Assembly: GCF_964204645.1 (NCBI RefSeq)
Contig: NC_134030.1
Location: 3,824,778 to 3,888,777 of the forward strand
DNA length: 64,000 nt
DNA from: Tubulanus polymorphus
Taxonomy: Eukaryota; Animalia; Nemertea
Reading direction: 5' to 3'
Part shown: one piece after another, positions 22,052 to 36,000 of the stretch
How positions within the stretch are numbered: position 1 is the stretch's first letter
How the letters are laid out: each line of letters opens with the position of its first letter
Position numbers and translations under genes: made by a program
Notes under the pieces: generated by a model
What the model saw: only the letters and a program-made list of their open reading frames with translations
What the model was told of the DNA's origin: nothing
Database searches by the model: none

Positions 22052-24031
22052 TTTTACGTAACCATCGTCGTATTGCCATCGATACCGCCAATAACGAATT
22101 ACCGTAGCAATTATAACCTTGGTAACGTCATCATTAGCTATTCAACATGCTGTTATTTGATATTGATGAGTTTCATCCAGAGGTAGGGCTTTGAAGAGCG
22201 CGAAGGAATAAAAAAGGCAGACTGTGAATTTGGAAAGAAGGGCATACCCACGTAGCGCGAGCATTGATAGTGTAAAGCGTTTGGAAAATCTTTCGGTGCA
22301 TATTAATTTCCACGTATTTCATATTAAATATAAGAGGTCGAAGTCTTGTGTAGCTGCATAGCTGTGGTAGGACAAATCGTCTTTTTCAAAAGGGTACGGG
22401 AATATTGTGATGGGAGCACGTTTTCTGGATGCACCTCTGCTGTGTATTGTGGCGACTGTTTAACATATTCCAACTGGATCAGATAGGCGACGACTGTAAA
22501 ACACATTCAAATCTAACAACAACGCGATGTATTTTAGGAGATTCTCACAGTATTATTTGATTCTGATAAATGCGCTCACTAACATTTTACACGTCGAAAA
22601 AGCCCACTCAGTATTACATTAATATCATTATTATGTATGGATAATGATTAATATTGATATTTATTGTATTTCTTTTTCACATGTAAATAGATCCATATTA
22701 TTCAAGAGACACATCGTAAAATATATCATAGAACTTTGAGAAATAGTAAATGTAAATAAATTGCACGCTTTTTTCTATTGATAGATTGGATTTAGGATGC
22801 TCGCGAAATAGAATACACAATTCAATGAATCTTTCCAAATAATGATTACGAAACTCTTGCCATTAATATAGGAAGCGTACAACTCATCATAATTTCAACG
22901 GTTTATCTTCACATTCGAATGAGTGGATTTTCAATTGATAAATAGGGAAAAATCACAGTAACAACTATTCGTTTTCGAGGGAAAAGCGATTAACATCGAT
23001 CTGAAAACTGACGGTTTATCGGTGGAAAGTTGCGTGCTTCGTAAAACTCGTTACTAAAAACTTTCAATCGCACAATGTAACAACATACACTAATAACATT
23101 AAATCAATTTGTAATATATATCCTCAGCTATCGATGACCAACACCGACAAAAACCGGATCAATTTTGATATATAATTGCCATGGAGCTAGAGTAGAAATT
23201 GTATAGATTGTTTAGTTTTCTTCAGTATTTGGCACCGGAGAACCCGTACTTTTCGTATGTGTAACCTGTGTTGGAAAAATATTGTTAAATAGACGAGAGA
23301 AATCGCTCAATAATTCAGCCATAGATGAATTATTGTGCGATTTCTCTCCTTACACGGATATTGCGTATCTTCTCGACTTATCATTAAAACTATTTCTTAC
23401 GAATATAGGACTGAAGTTACTGTTTTTTCTTCATTCTCGGAATTGGTCACTCGATACTTGAGGCATATATCTGTATATGATATGCGGTTGAAAGTTCACT
23501 CAGTGATGTCACATAAAAAACTGAGTATCGCCATCGTAAAAGTCGTAATTTGATAGATAGGTTGCGTTGACACGGAACTCTTTATACATGTATCTACAAT
23601 ATGTTGTTTCATTGACTCGACACGCGCAATGTTTTCATCAGTCCGCCATTTTGATTCTCCAGAGGTCATCATCTAAAAGATACGAAATTAAAATAGAATA
23701 TTGATGGATCTACTCTAGAATGCTGTTTTATGGTAAACAACGTTTAACTTTTGCAGTACCATCTTTATAGAATAGTTTGTCTACTTCCATCAGAAATTGC
23801 AATGATGTTGAAACTTAAACATAAGATTAATCTTTCTAATGAGTATATCCGTCGATGTCGTATTCTACCATCGATCTTAATATGTAACTATACAAAAGTA
23901 TGTAATAAGATGACAATGGATGGCGTGCAGTATAGAAACTACATCAATTATTAACATTATTATCTAAATAAGTGTTATCGAAAGGGGGCAGTAGCTTTTT
24001 TTTGTTCTTAAAAAGCGATTATGTGAATACC

Positions 24032-27000
24032 TTATAATCGGTTCATTTTTGTATATTTTGTTGGTTTGATGCACTTTGCGAAGCCGGATATGTCGTCACA
24101 CACACGTTTCGGTCGGCGGCGATGGAATGTGACGGTTTGGCAGCAGAGACCTTGACTGATATCACAGTCGGACGAGTCTTCGCATAGTTCTCCTGAAAAT
24201 TAGGTACAAATAGCCACTGTAGTCGTACAGTTGAATCATCCACAATCAAAACAATAGCCGTAGCATATATAGTTATAGAATTTCAAGCAGCAGAATACAT
24301 CTGCCCATCGTCAAGAGTATTCATTTGATTGGAAACGGCTGAATTCGAATGTAGTTGAGCTAGTATTCACTGTAGTCATGCGTATATCTAATTGTTCCAG
24401 AAGAGACATGTAGCCATCTCGACAATATCCCTCATGAATTACTTAATCATCAGCATCTAATTTACTAACAATTATCATTTCAATTCCATTTTGATTTATT
24501 TCTTCACGTATATACTCATCGCAGTTATACCAACTGAACGCAATTATTCATGAATAAAACCACTTGGCAATACGATGACGTCATGAAGGCAGACGGGGAT
24601 GGGTCATCAATGGTCGTTCCATATTGCAGCTTTATCAATATCAATAAACCGATAAGGATACAATGGCCATGCAGATATTTCGAAACAATATACAGATATA
24701 TGAATTAAAAGCATTTTAGAAAGGAAAACAAATAGCACAATACAAAATGAATTAGATTCGTTGATTTGCGGATCCGCCGAGTGAAATTCAAATGAAATTC
24801 TAGCGAACACATCATTACGACTGTTGTTATACACTATTTAATTTTCACTCAACTCGCATGTATTTCAAATGAATACTTTGTTCTGAACTATCTGGTAACA
24901 AAAAGCCATAATTCGACAATTATCTACCACTCCTAGACCCAGGGCAATCCAAAGAGAGAAGTTTCGTCTTTTTTGCAAGCATAACAAACTGTTTCGGCAA
25001 TATTTTCATTCGGCGTTTATTAAATGTATCAGTTTACCAGCGTAAAATACATCACCATGCTTTAATAGTAAATAAACCACCAGAGTATTCACAACATCAA
25101 CGACAGACTCTTCATCACTCAGCACCAGTTCAGATCTTTGCCGAGAAATTTTTACACTGATGATATACCCAGCACCAAACACGCATTTTATATAGAATAC
25201 TGCAGTATTAGCCATGCCATTTGCCTTCTCTATCCGTCGGACGCTTTGCGACAGTTAGATTTCAAGCAATATACGTAGAAACACGGATATGGAGGGATAG
25301 ATAGAGAGAGAGAGCAGGGCTGATCATCGATAGCGGTCTCTTACCTAGTGACCTCCCCGAGGCCGATTTTAAACGTTCAGCAGGCGAACATTCCCCCAGA
25401 CTACTCTTATAACCTGCAAAATCGCAAGAAAACATTGACGTCACGTGATCGCTACGAATACTCACCGAGTCCTGCCTTACGAGTTTGCTTCTTGTCGGTG
25501 CACATGCGCACTGAAGCCTTGCCAACGGCGCCTAGTGTACACTCTTCACCGTCAGCGCAATCGACATCGGACTCACAAGTCGGGGTACATGCTCCCCACA
25601 ATCCCTTCCCTGTCAAACAAGGAAAGGAAACAATGTTTTTTTTTCAAGCTTCGTTTTCTAAAACTACAAACACAATCATAGTGCAATAAAACAATGAAAT
25701 ATCAATTTCAATATATGTATTTCCATTTTAATAAAAGTACTGAAATTAATATACATCCAATGTATTGATATACCCATATTGTAATTGATATGAACGTCAT
25801 GATTTTTGTCAATGATGGATATTGCATCGCACAGGGACGTTGCTCAAAAATTGGGTATATCGTGGATGAGTTAAGTTAACCAAAGGATAAATGCCATAGA
25901 AATAATGCAATTTCGATATCACTATGGTGTCTATCGAATGGTGAATTTTACTAATCTTATGAGATATATATATATACCTACTTGCGCTATCATTCGGGGT
26001 GTTTTCGAGAATACTGTTACCTGTTTTACAATATCTCAAGAGTGTCGCAAAAACTATATACCGTCTATTTCATTAGATAGTATGGTGGCTAATTCGGTAA
26101 GTAAGTCACGCGCTAAGCGTGTTCTCTTCGGCAAAATATTTTAACCTTTAAATGCCTTGTTCAGACGAATTCGCAATGGACAAAAAAGGTTAATAGTAAA
26201 AAAAAAATTTCTACGTTTGTGGTTTTGCCATTTTTGCTATATGGCCTGATAATCAGCCACCATTCTATGTGGGTAGACCTCGGGATAGTCGGTGATGAAT
26301 TATTATGATATATAAACACTTTGTCGCTTTTGGCCGATTTGCATTAACGACGTCATTACTTTCAACCGAGTCAGATAATCCGGCGGTATCACGTGGTATA
26401 GCCGCCGGTTTTCACCTGCATAGAGCAACTAACACCGGAAACGGGTAGACGTCAGTTATCTTTTGAATCTCGATGGCATGCCGGGAAACGGTAACGGATT
26501 TATAATGGAGAAATAGGCCTGTTAGTGAACTCCGCAGGCGTTTTCAGCGAAAGTAATTACATCTACGTGAATAGTATTGATGTATCAATGGGTTCTAAAT
26601 TGGAGTTAATGAATTCTTTTTTTGAAAATCAGTCCATGAACGAACGTATCATGCAGAGTTTAACCAAAATATCTGAAGTTGAGGTTCATCGATCGACACC
26701 GCTCAATGTTCTTCTTGCACTTTTACGTCATTGATTCTCTCTGAAGACGGTCGACATTTGATAAAAAGAAAATAAACACAAAATGAGATTGATTAGATTT
26801 CTGGGGCGAAACGTTCGTTCATAACGCACACGATCGAGATGGAGCTCAGTGTTACGGCAGCCCTTCGGGACCTAAACAAAATACAAGAAAGCTGGAACAT
26901 CAAGCGGGATGAACTAATTTGTATAGAGCGTCAATACGCGATCTTAGTGAGAATCTGTAAGATGTATCAAACTGAAGATTAAATCACGACACGAGGGAAT

Positions 27001-30000
27001 AGTGCGTGAATGCGCATTTTCAATACCGCCTCCTCTAATCCAATTTCACAAACTCGCGATTCAGACGAGACTTTTGAATACAGCTTGTTTTTCAATGTTG
27101 TATAACTATTGCTGGTCGTGTCATTTGCGGGGGATTGAAATAGATTTTTGTCGGCGCAATATCCAGCCGAGTTACCGGGAGACGATCGCATTATGATTTA
27201 TTGCCTCGTAGTTAAATGGTTGCAGCAATAAAACATGCATTTAACCGTCGTTAACAAACACTGTCCTTTCGTATTACATGCGTTGGAACACTCTATTTTG
27301 TCTCCGGCTGAAGAATGTCAGCAAATATATTTAAGATATTTCGTTGCGTTACTTTAAAATTGAATTCCAGTATGGAATTATGATGATGGCAAATTTCACG
27401 AGTAGTAGGCCTACGTACTATCAGGCACGTCTTGTAATCAGGTATTGTAAACCATTAGGTGTCTTCTGAATAACGAGTCATTTAGCGAGAAAGATAAGAT
27501 GAGCGTTTTAAAGAAATTGAAAAGATCCGATTTTACGATCCCCGTGTCACGAAACTAATTCGTGACATGTAAAAAGTGATGTCCCATTGTAAATGGATCT
27601 GATCGGAAGCTAAAGCTATTAATGCGAGCGTGCATAAATGAAACCTGTGATAGTCGAAACGTTCAAAAGGTTTTTGGCGACTCGTATGTGCGTTGATGTA
27701 TATATACTCACTGCACCGGGAAGACGCTGATGCATCTGGTTCTGATGAGCAATCAACAGTTTTCGATAGCGACGAAACTTCTGATTAAATGTAAATTGTT
27801 TCTGATACAAATCATGACGAAACGTGCTGATTTAATTACACGTTCTCATCACAAAATAAAGGCAATTAACGCTGTTCTGGTAGACAATTACACCCGTGTT
27901 TAGCTACGGGGGATTCTCTCAATGACGACTTCGTAATTTCTTACAGAATCTATCAGCACTGATGATTGTCGCTATACACTAACTCTATCGATCAAAAGGT
28001 TACCCGGGTCAAAATGACAATCGTTACTTGACGGCGATCTCTCCGAAAAAAGGAGATAATGTAGAATTCTTGCGTGCGCATTTTACTAATGTACACTAAT
28101 ACAACGAACATATAGTCGACGATGTGACTTTACAACGACTGCAGTGGGATATCTACGTCCTCGTCCGAGTTGATTAATGAGATCCCACTTGGTCCGAAAG
28201 TGGTCGACGAAAATGCTCCGTTGGAAAGAACGAAAGAGACCACTTACGGCTGAAGAGATTGGATGAAATAAATGATTAGATCAGAGGCGGATACCAACAA
28301 GACTGTGAAGATAAAACATAAGAGAGTGTGCTACAGAAAGGAAATCGTAGGCTACGGATAAATCACTGATTTGTTTTTGAAAAAAGTGAAAAACATTCTC
28401 AGATCCTTTGACGGCACGGACTTGTACTTTCGGTCCAACGCCCGGCAACAAGACGCGCAATGAGTAATCGGTTCGTATGAAACCCAGTCAACCCAGAAAT
28501 ACGAAGAAAATCTATCGTTTATAGTGGGTAAGATGCTTATGGTAAGCGTCGTGGGGGAAACTGCGAAGTATTATAAACTAGCCAGTGGTGCACTTCACTC
28601 GCCGGGATTACTGGACTACTTGTGGTGGCATGAGTAATGTTCTTTCATTCCTGTAGTTGCCGAATTCGATAACATTCTCTTTCAACTATTACTAAGCCGT
28701 TGACGTTACGAGAACCACTCGAGAAATGGTTTGGTCGCGCATGATTCCTCAGTCCTAGAAGCGGCTTAATTCGTAGCCAACTCACGACGACGATATTTCA
28801 AGGCCAGTTCTCAGTTCGTCTGCGAGGAGTTTGTGGTTATATTTTATTGATATTTGATATGATCGATGCGTGACCGGGGAAAGAATTACGCTTATACTAG
28901 AGACAGAAATATCCGATGATATATATCTTATTATACATATGTACATATCAGACTAGATCGCTGACTTCATCCCTGGAGTAGTTCCGATAATTTGACACAA
29001 CCATACAGCCATTTTCATCATCTCCGCGATAAACTATAGCAAATACTGCATGCATATTTTTGCATACTTTTTACACGTTCGATCCGTCGAATTCAAAGAT
29101 TCTTTCGGCGATACTTACTATAAAAACTAACGCTCGTTATCGATATGGAGCTTTGAGAACGGCACTGAAGATTAATGGGCAAATAGCAATTTATTCTCTT
29201 AAAAATAGAGAGAGAGGCAGGGGGAAAACTAATAACGTAAAGAAAAGATTCATTGCCAGATCATGTATACGATGGTATATAGAAATTGAAAAAGACCTTA
29301 GATAGAACGGAATTAATTTTTGTGTGACGGCAAATATCGTACGTAATTTGAAAGTAATCAAGAGATTCTTTGGTAGAATAATACTTCAATATGAATATCT
29401 TCTTACAGAACTTGAATTGATCGACACAATCTTCGGAAATATCTTTAACTCTGATATTGTATATGGAAACAAAACGTTCGGTTATGAATGAATACGTACC
29501 TTCTGCAGACTCTAACGATGCACAGTAAAATCCCATACAACATTGGCTGCTTTGAAAACATCGATTCCCCTGCTTGCCACACTAAAATACACAAACAGAT
29601 AAACAAATCTTTACGCTTTACATAAAAATATAAATAGAAAAATACCAGAGATGTGGGATCGTGTCCACGTCCTGTGTAAAAGCACGGTTGATTTTCGTTT
29701 CGGAAATAGGCATCATTCGTGCAGTTCAAGAAGCACTCGCAGGCCTACGTGTCACGTATGTCTGTTCGGGATCTTACGGGGCACGTAATGGGTGCTTTGT
29801 GAATACGACCCCGAGCCCAGATCACAGACTCTACGGTAACCCTTTTAAAAGTTAATTTTCGAAATTACTACGGTGACGTACGTTGTCGTGTGTGAATTGA
29901 AAGACTAAAATATTCCCGAGGCAAAACATAGGGTTAATCAAAAGCTATTGCGAGTTTCGCTTTCATCAGAGGAAATGTATCCGGACTTGATGGAGCTGAT

Positions 30001-33000
30001 GATGTCGGGAAGGAGAACCAGTAAATTGCCCGACGCAGGCGTGACTCGACAACGCCTTTTAGTCGAGATGCTGAAAATTGAAATCGTGACTACTTGCACG
30101 CATAATCGATAGAGCGAAAACAATCGTTGAAAAGACCTCCACCCCGTACACGATTTGAATTCTTTTCATACACATTTTTTTTTCAGAGGCAGCTTGGCAG
30201 TTCATTTCAGCCCAAGGCTCATTGTTCATTTTGAAAATATTTTCTATACACCATTGTCCCCTACACAGGTTCAGCGAGCAGAGATATCGTTTAAGTCGTG
30301 ACAAACTATTACCTGAATTTTAACAAATTTCAACAAAAGCGAGTTCACTTGATTTCATAAAGAATACGAGCACCTATTTATCTCGATGAAGCAACTCGTA
30401 GCTAAAGCTCGTATTTCCAGAAAATCGAGTTTACCAATAAAGCGCTATCCGTCTTCATGTTGACTGATTTGACAACAAGTTCGGCTCCTCTATATATACG
30501 ATTCTTCTTAGATATCAATCATTTATAGATATATATATTTACATGACGCAGGCAATGATTGATTACAGAAATCATCATATTGCTAATATCATAATATAGA
30601 GAAGAGAAGGAGAAAAAATATAAGATATTTAGAAAAGAATTTAAGATAGTGAGGTTCAATAAGATACTGATTATTCACAGGTATACAAGAACACGACGAC
30701 TATTCCGGATATCAACTGCTTGAATCAACACTTTCGACTACTGTTTCGAAAACTGGATCGTCATATCTTTATTCGCTATTTGGGGGAAATTAGCCTTTGA
30801 ATAATTAATGGACGCGATTATTTTCCACAGTTTTTCGTGACGATAAGCACCATCAAAAAATCTGTGTAATTCGAATTATTGGTTTCCGCATAAACAGCAA
30901 ATCGTCGCTTCATCCTACACGGAATAATAGATTATACAATACACCCACGGCGAGATGAAGTTTCGTATTTTTGAATATAAATCAAAACATCAGATAAACA
31001 TTGAAATACACATCGCGCAATGATTTACATACCGTCATTTTAAGTAGATCATTTTTGATATAATAGAAACACGATGTAATATGAAATTATGAACAATCAA
31101 GAGACAACACTGCGCCATAAAACATATTATACATCGTTTTAAGCGTCTGGTTAGTTGATTTTTCAGATTGGATTTCTGAAACGCGGCGCCGAATCAAAGA
31201 CATGAATTCTATTTAACTACTTGTCGTTTTCAGCTCCTTATACGACGCGATCACGATATTTCGCGATTTTCGTTGTAATTGCAGCGATATTCGCGCACCG
31301 TATACCGCGGCCGCCGTTCCACGCGAACATTAAGAGCACGTCAGCTGCATAATTATATCTAATTCAAGATGAAAATCCACCAAATTACGCTACACGAATC
31401 TTTACGCGGCTGTCGTCAAATTGATTAGAATTTGATGATGTTTGTTAAATCGCGCTGCGTTCAGAGCCGCGTAAATAGATTCACTCACCACATGAAAATT
31501 GGTGCCACACCCAACACGCGGTAACCAGTCCCTTTTATCTTACTTGACCCTTTCTAGTGGCCATTACGTAATTTAGAAAAAAAACCGTATCCGTTAATTC
31601 AAAGCATTGGTGTGTCTTAATGGATCCAACAAAACCATTATGTTGGTAACTATCAGTTATTTTTACACCTATCTAAGATTTATTTGCTTACGGCTGAAAT
31701 GACTCAATCGATTCATCGATGCCAAGTACAAGTACATCATCGCTTACAGAGGTATCTGTTTCGTTCCCGGCAGGAGTGGCGGGTTTGTAAACGACAGACA
31801 ATTCAAATCGAATTGAAGGTACTCAATCAATCAAAGATAAAAAGAGGGATAGTTCCCTATTTCAAGATTGAAGAAATGGGGATCACTGGGGCTAAAGTTG
31901 ATAATCCCACAATAAGAAAAAAAACTAGGAAAGAGTTTGACGTTTCGACTCAAATTTATGAGCCATTTCTTTTCATGTTTCCAAAGTCCGATACTGTACT
32001 AACTGCAAACAGTTCAAAGGAGTGGACGTATTGTCGTCATGAGATTGTAGTGTGATGTGAAGTACATGCACATAATTATAGAATTTAAATATTTCCGATG
32101 CAACATGATACTCTCAAGTGTAACGCTTATCGAGGTTTATGACACCGAGCAATTAAAATCGGTCAATATTATCGATGTTGTTGCAACGATGAATTTGGAC
32201 ATCAAGTCTGAATGGCGTTACGATTATCAGAATGTAACTGCCAATAGAGATGGTAGTACTGGATTTAAATTGTCTACACTCAATACGCACCATGTAATAC
32301 TAGGCATACGAACATAAAATTCGGAAACAGTCTACCGAAAAAAAGGTTTAAAAAAACTGGGAGGCAATTTATTATACGAATTAGACACGGTGCTGCGTTC
32401 CCGAAATTTTTGCCTCGCATCTCATCTTTCGGGAGCTATAACGTCTAAATGTGCCGGGAATGTCAATTTAGAGTTCGGGTGACGTTTGATGACACAGCCA
32501 CTGAGTCTTCAGCGGAGAGTACGCGCATTTTTGTTGAGTAAAAGACGCAGTGACGCAATCTAAAGACGCGTATGCTATAGGGTGACCGTCGTCACAACCG
32601 ACGCTCACTTGGTCTTCCATTAAATTCTCATATACTCTGAACCGATTAATCGAATTCCACCGATTCGTTACCGTCGCCTAAACGCTGCACATACCACATC
32701 GATTTCAATTCAACCCCCGGGGACTACGGTCCGATTGAAAATGTTGAAATTAATGCGGTTTATGTAGCTAACAAAATAATCCCTTTCTAAACACGTTGAG
32801 TAAATAATACAAGGATCCAGTCACTAAATGTGTAAATATTGAATTTTTTCGAAGGTCTCATTTCTGCGCGTAGCCACCATCCTTGCGCAAATACAGATTG
32901 CGGATTAGTAAGGCAATATTTCATGTCCAGGCCACCATGACCACACGTTAAGGGAATAAACAATTTGTTAAAGCCAAGGTCGTTTACACAGTTAAGGTGG

Positions 33001-36000
33001 CTAGGCACATTTTCGTCCAATGCATAAAATGAGTAATAAAGATTATTCGTATATGCGTTACATATTATTGGATGTTTTTTTGTTTATTGGTTCTACTGAG
33101 TACAACTCGATATCTCATCATCAAGTAATGTTTGTATTTATGAACTTGGAAGGTCTATATGTGTCAGGCGCGTGGCTTTACTGCTTCGTAAAGCGCAAAT
33201 AAATTCTCGCTGGAATTAGTGAAAAAGAGCAATTTGTGCCATGATTTCCACGACGGCGCTTCGGTCATATGATACTGTATTATATATTCATAGTAAAAAT
33301 GACATCGCGTTTGTCATATATCGTGTACTGTTAGCAGCGACGGCGGCGTCTGCAGATTTATAATTGTTTTCATGTCGTTTGTGGGAATAAAGTCAGCTGT
33401 ATACTGGCGCCTTAACACGCTACGGTGACCATCGTTCCCTACAGAAAGTGGCGCGCACCAGCCACGTACATTAACGGAAACTTGAAACTAAATCGAGCGA
33501 ACGATAGGTTTTTCAGTCAAAAGAGTCGGGATCGTTCGAACGCAGTGATTAAAGGAAACTGTAGAATAAACAGACATCGAGTACATAAAAAAATTACCCT
33601 GGGCCAAACTCGACGTTTTGCGTCAATATCTATTACGATCCATTACAAATATATATTTCAAAATACGTAAATGTAGTTGCGGTTTTAAAAAACAGGTTTT
33701 TAACTTTTTACCTAAGGCAACATGAAATGAATTCGTCAGATTCACGCGCTGTCTCGTCGTTTTACTGCGATCTAACCGATCTAATCAAACATATTCGCCG
33801 CAGTTCCTGTCAATAAAATCGGGTCCAGATGATGTTCAAAGGACTGTCTCTAGCTTCTGGCGAATAATATCATTTCTAAATGGATTTTATGTACTATTTG
33901 TGAGTGAAAGTCTATCGTTTTTCATTATTCACCAGTCATATTGATCGATCGTATAGTTGGCCAATGCAATGAGTTTCGTGAGTTCCATCAGTTAAGTCGT
34001 CTCTATTTCATTCGGCCACTAGAATGTCTAAACTAAATCTCTCACGTTCTGAAACATATTTCTTTGACGCGTGATCAACTGAACAATAAATCCTCGTGTA
34101 ATTTTCTATTTGTTTAATCATTACCTCGCGGATGTAATAGTCACATGTTAAAGCGCTCCGCGGTTTGGCTAAGAAACATTTTGCTCGAAAATAGACACCG
34201 CCGATGAATGTTAGTGACACTTGACAGATTTACCATCAATGCAGAATGGGACAATTTTCCAACACTGGCGTCCAGGTTGATAAAGAATTAAGTCAATTCT
34301 AATCTCGAATGGAGGATGAACAAAATCCACGGAATAAACTACTGCTGTTGTTCAGCGAAAATGCGCTGTCAAGATAAATTCAATTCTGGATTCAACTGTA
34401 AATGCTATTTAGAGGCTGTTGATAGAATTAACCACCCGTCTCTTGTAAGAGAGTGAGAGCTTATTATCAAGATGTCGCTCTATTAGAATTCAAAAGAAAA
34501 TCGGTAAAAAATCTATCTTTGTATCGGAAAGTACTGAATATATTCGAAAAGGTTCGTTCTAAGAAATATGAGTATAGATGCTGGTTTGAATTCTTTCCAG
34601 TCCGGATATTATTTATTTGTCTCTTGATAGATGATTAAATATCGCACGTCACCGGTGCATCGAAAAATCCGTAATCACTTTCCGATTTCTTCTTTTAAGA
34701 GCGCCAGATGCCTCTTCATTCAAAAACCTTAGAGATGATAAATCAGATAGAGATGATAAATCGGATATATTACGCGCCGATACGAAATCAGCACATTTTC
34801 CAATTAAATTCAATCTAGAATATTCTTCTAGGATCAATAGCTTACTGATTGCGCGGTCTCTAAACAGGTGGGCTACGATACAAGATGATGTCGATCGCTC
34901 CAGTGATCTGTGGCAAATTGGCCCGTTTAGGTCAATCCATCATCAAACTGCTGATGTAAATGCCGGATAGAAGATGGCACGCTGTGTACTGATTGTCCAC
35001 GAATAGTTGAGGACGTGCTCGGTGAGCTTGATAACGCCAATTTACCGCTAATGTCTCCCCCATGTTGTCACCGTCGACCGACACGACGGACAGTGCGATT
35101 CGTTTAATCTGGTCCATAGCGAATAATCGTTGGGAGTACGGTCAGAAGCCAGCGTGGAATTTTAGATTATCGCGCCGAGATTCGAGTCTATCAGGCGATT
35201 TATTGAGACTCAGGCCTCGTTAACGGCAATTGAATTATATAAGTCGAGTCTCGTATCGCTGGGGTGAACCAATTGCATTAACGACGAATGACGGAAGTCA
35301 AATGCATAACACGGCGTTCAGGCAAACTTCCAAAAACCTGAACGGATATGAATGTCAGACAGCCTTTCGGGAAGCAATTAGATATTCATAGATGTACGAG
35401 ATTAAATCGTCTGGAAAATGGCTTAAAGTCAAAATTCGTGTTACATCACACGCCGAACGGGTAAAAGATCTGACGTTAGATAGTTTCCCCCAGAATACAA
35501 AATTCAATTTTCTCAGCTTACATCGTTCTAATCTTGAAAATCCTGAAAACCAGTTATGGATAGAATGGAATTCTTAAGCAGTACACCGAATAAAGCTTAC
35601 GAGTTTTTTTTCCACAATAAATTTCGCCCTTTATTTATAGCGTGTTTTGCCTGCAATGTAAACGCCCGCGGTTCAATACGTTATCCTACAATAATCACGC
35701 CAGTATAACTTCGGAATGAGAGTGATTTTCGGGGCTATTGCCAGCAGAAAAATGTGTAATCAAATCGTAAAATAAAACATAATGGATATCGAGCTGCTGA
35801 AATTGAGCAAAATTGCTGTCAATTTGCGGTGGAATTGCTGGCAAACCGGTACACGTTCCAAGAAACGTTTTAGAAGATTATACCTTGGGAGACCGAGGCA
35901 CCTTTATAGTCAAAAAGCGTACACAAGTCAGTCCGTATGGAGGAAGACAGACGCAGAAATGGAGAACAGTTTAGATTTCTCAACACCCTTAACATCACAA

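Noticed and set aside
31684-32317. 123-aa and 86-aa ORFs in prohormone intron 1
   Set aside because: Non-ATG starts, no recognisable domain, and no convincing splice context.
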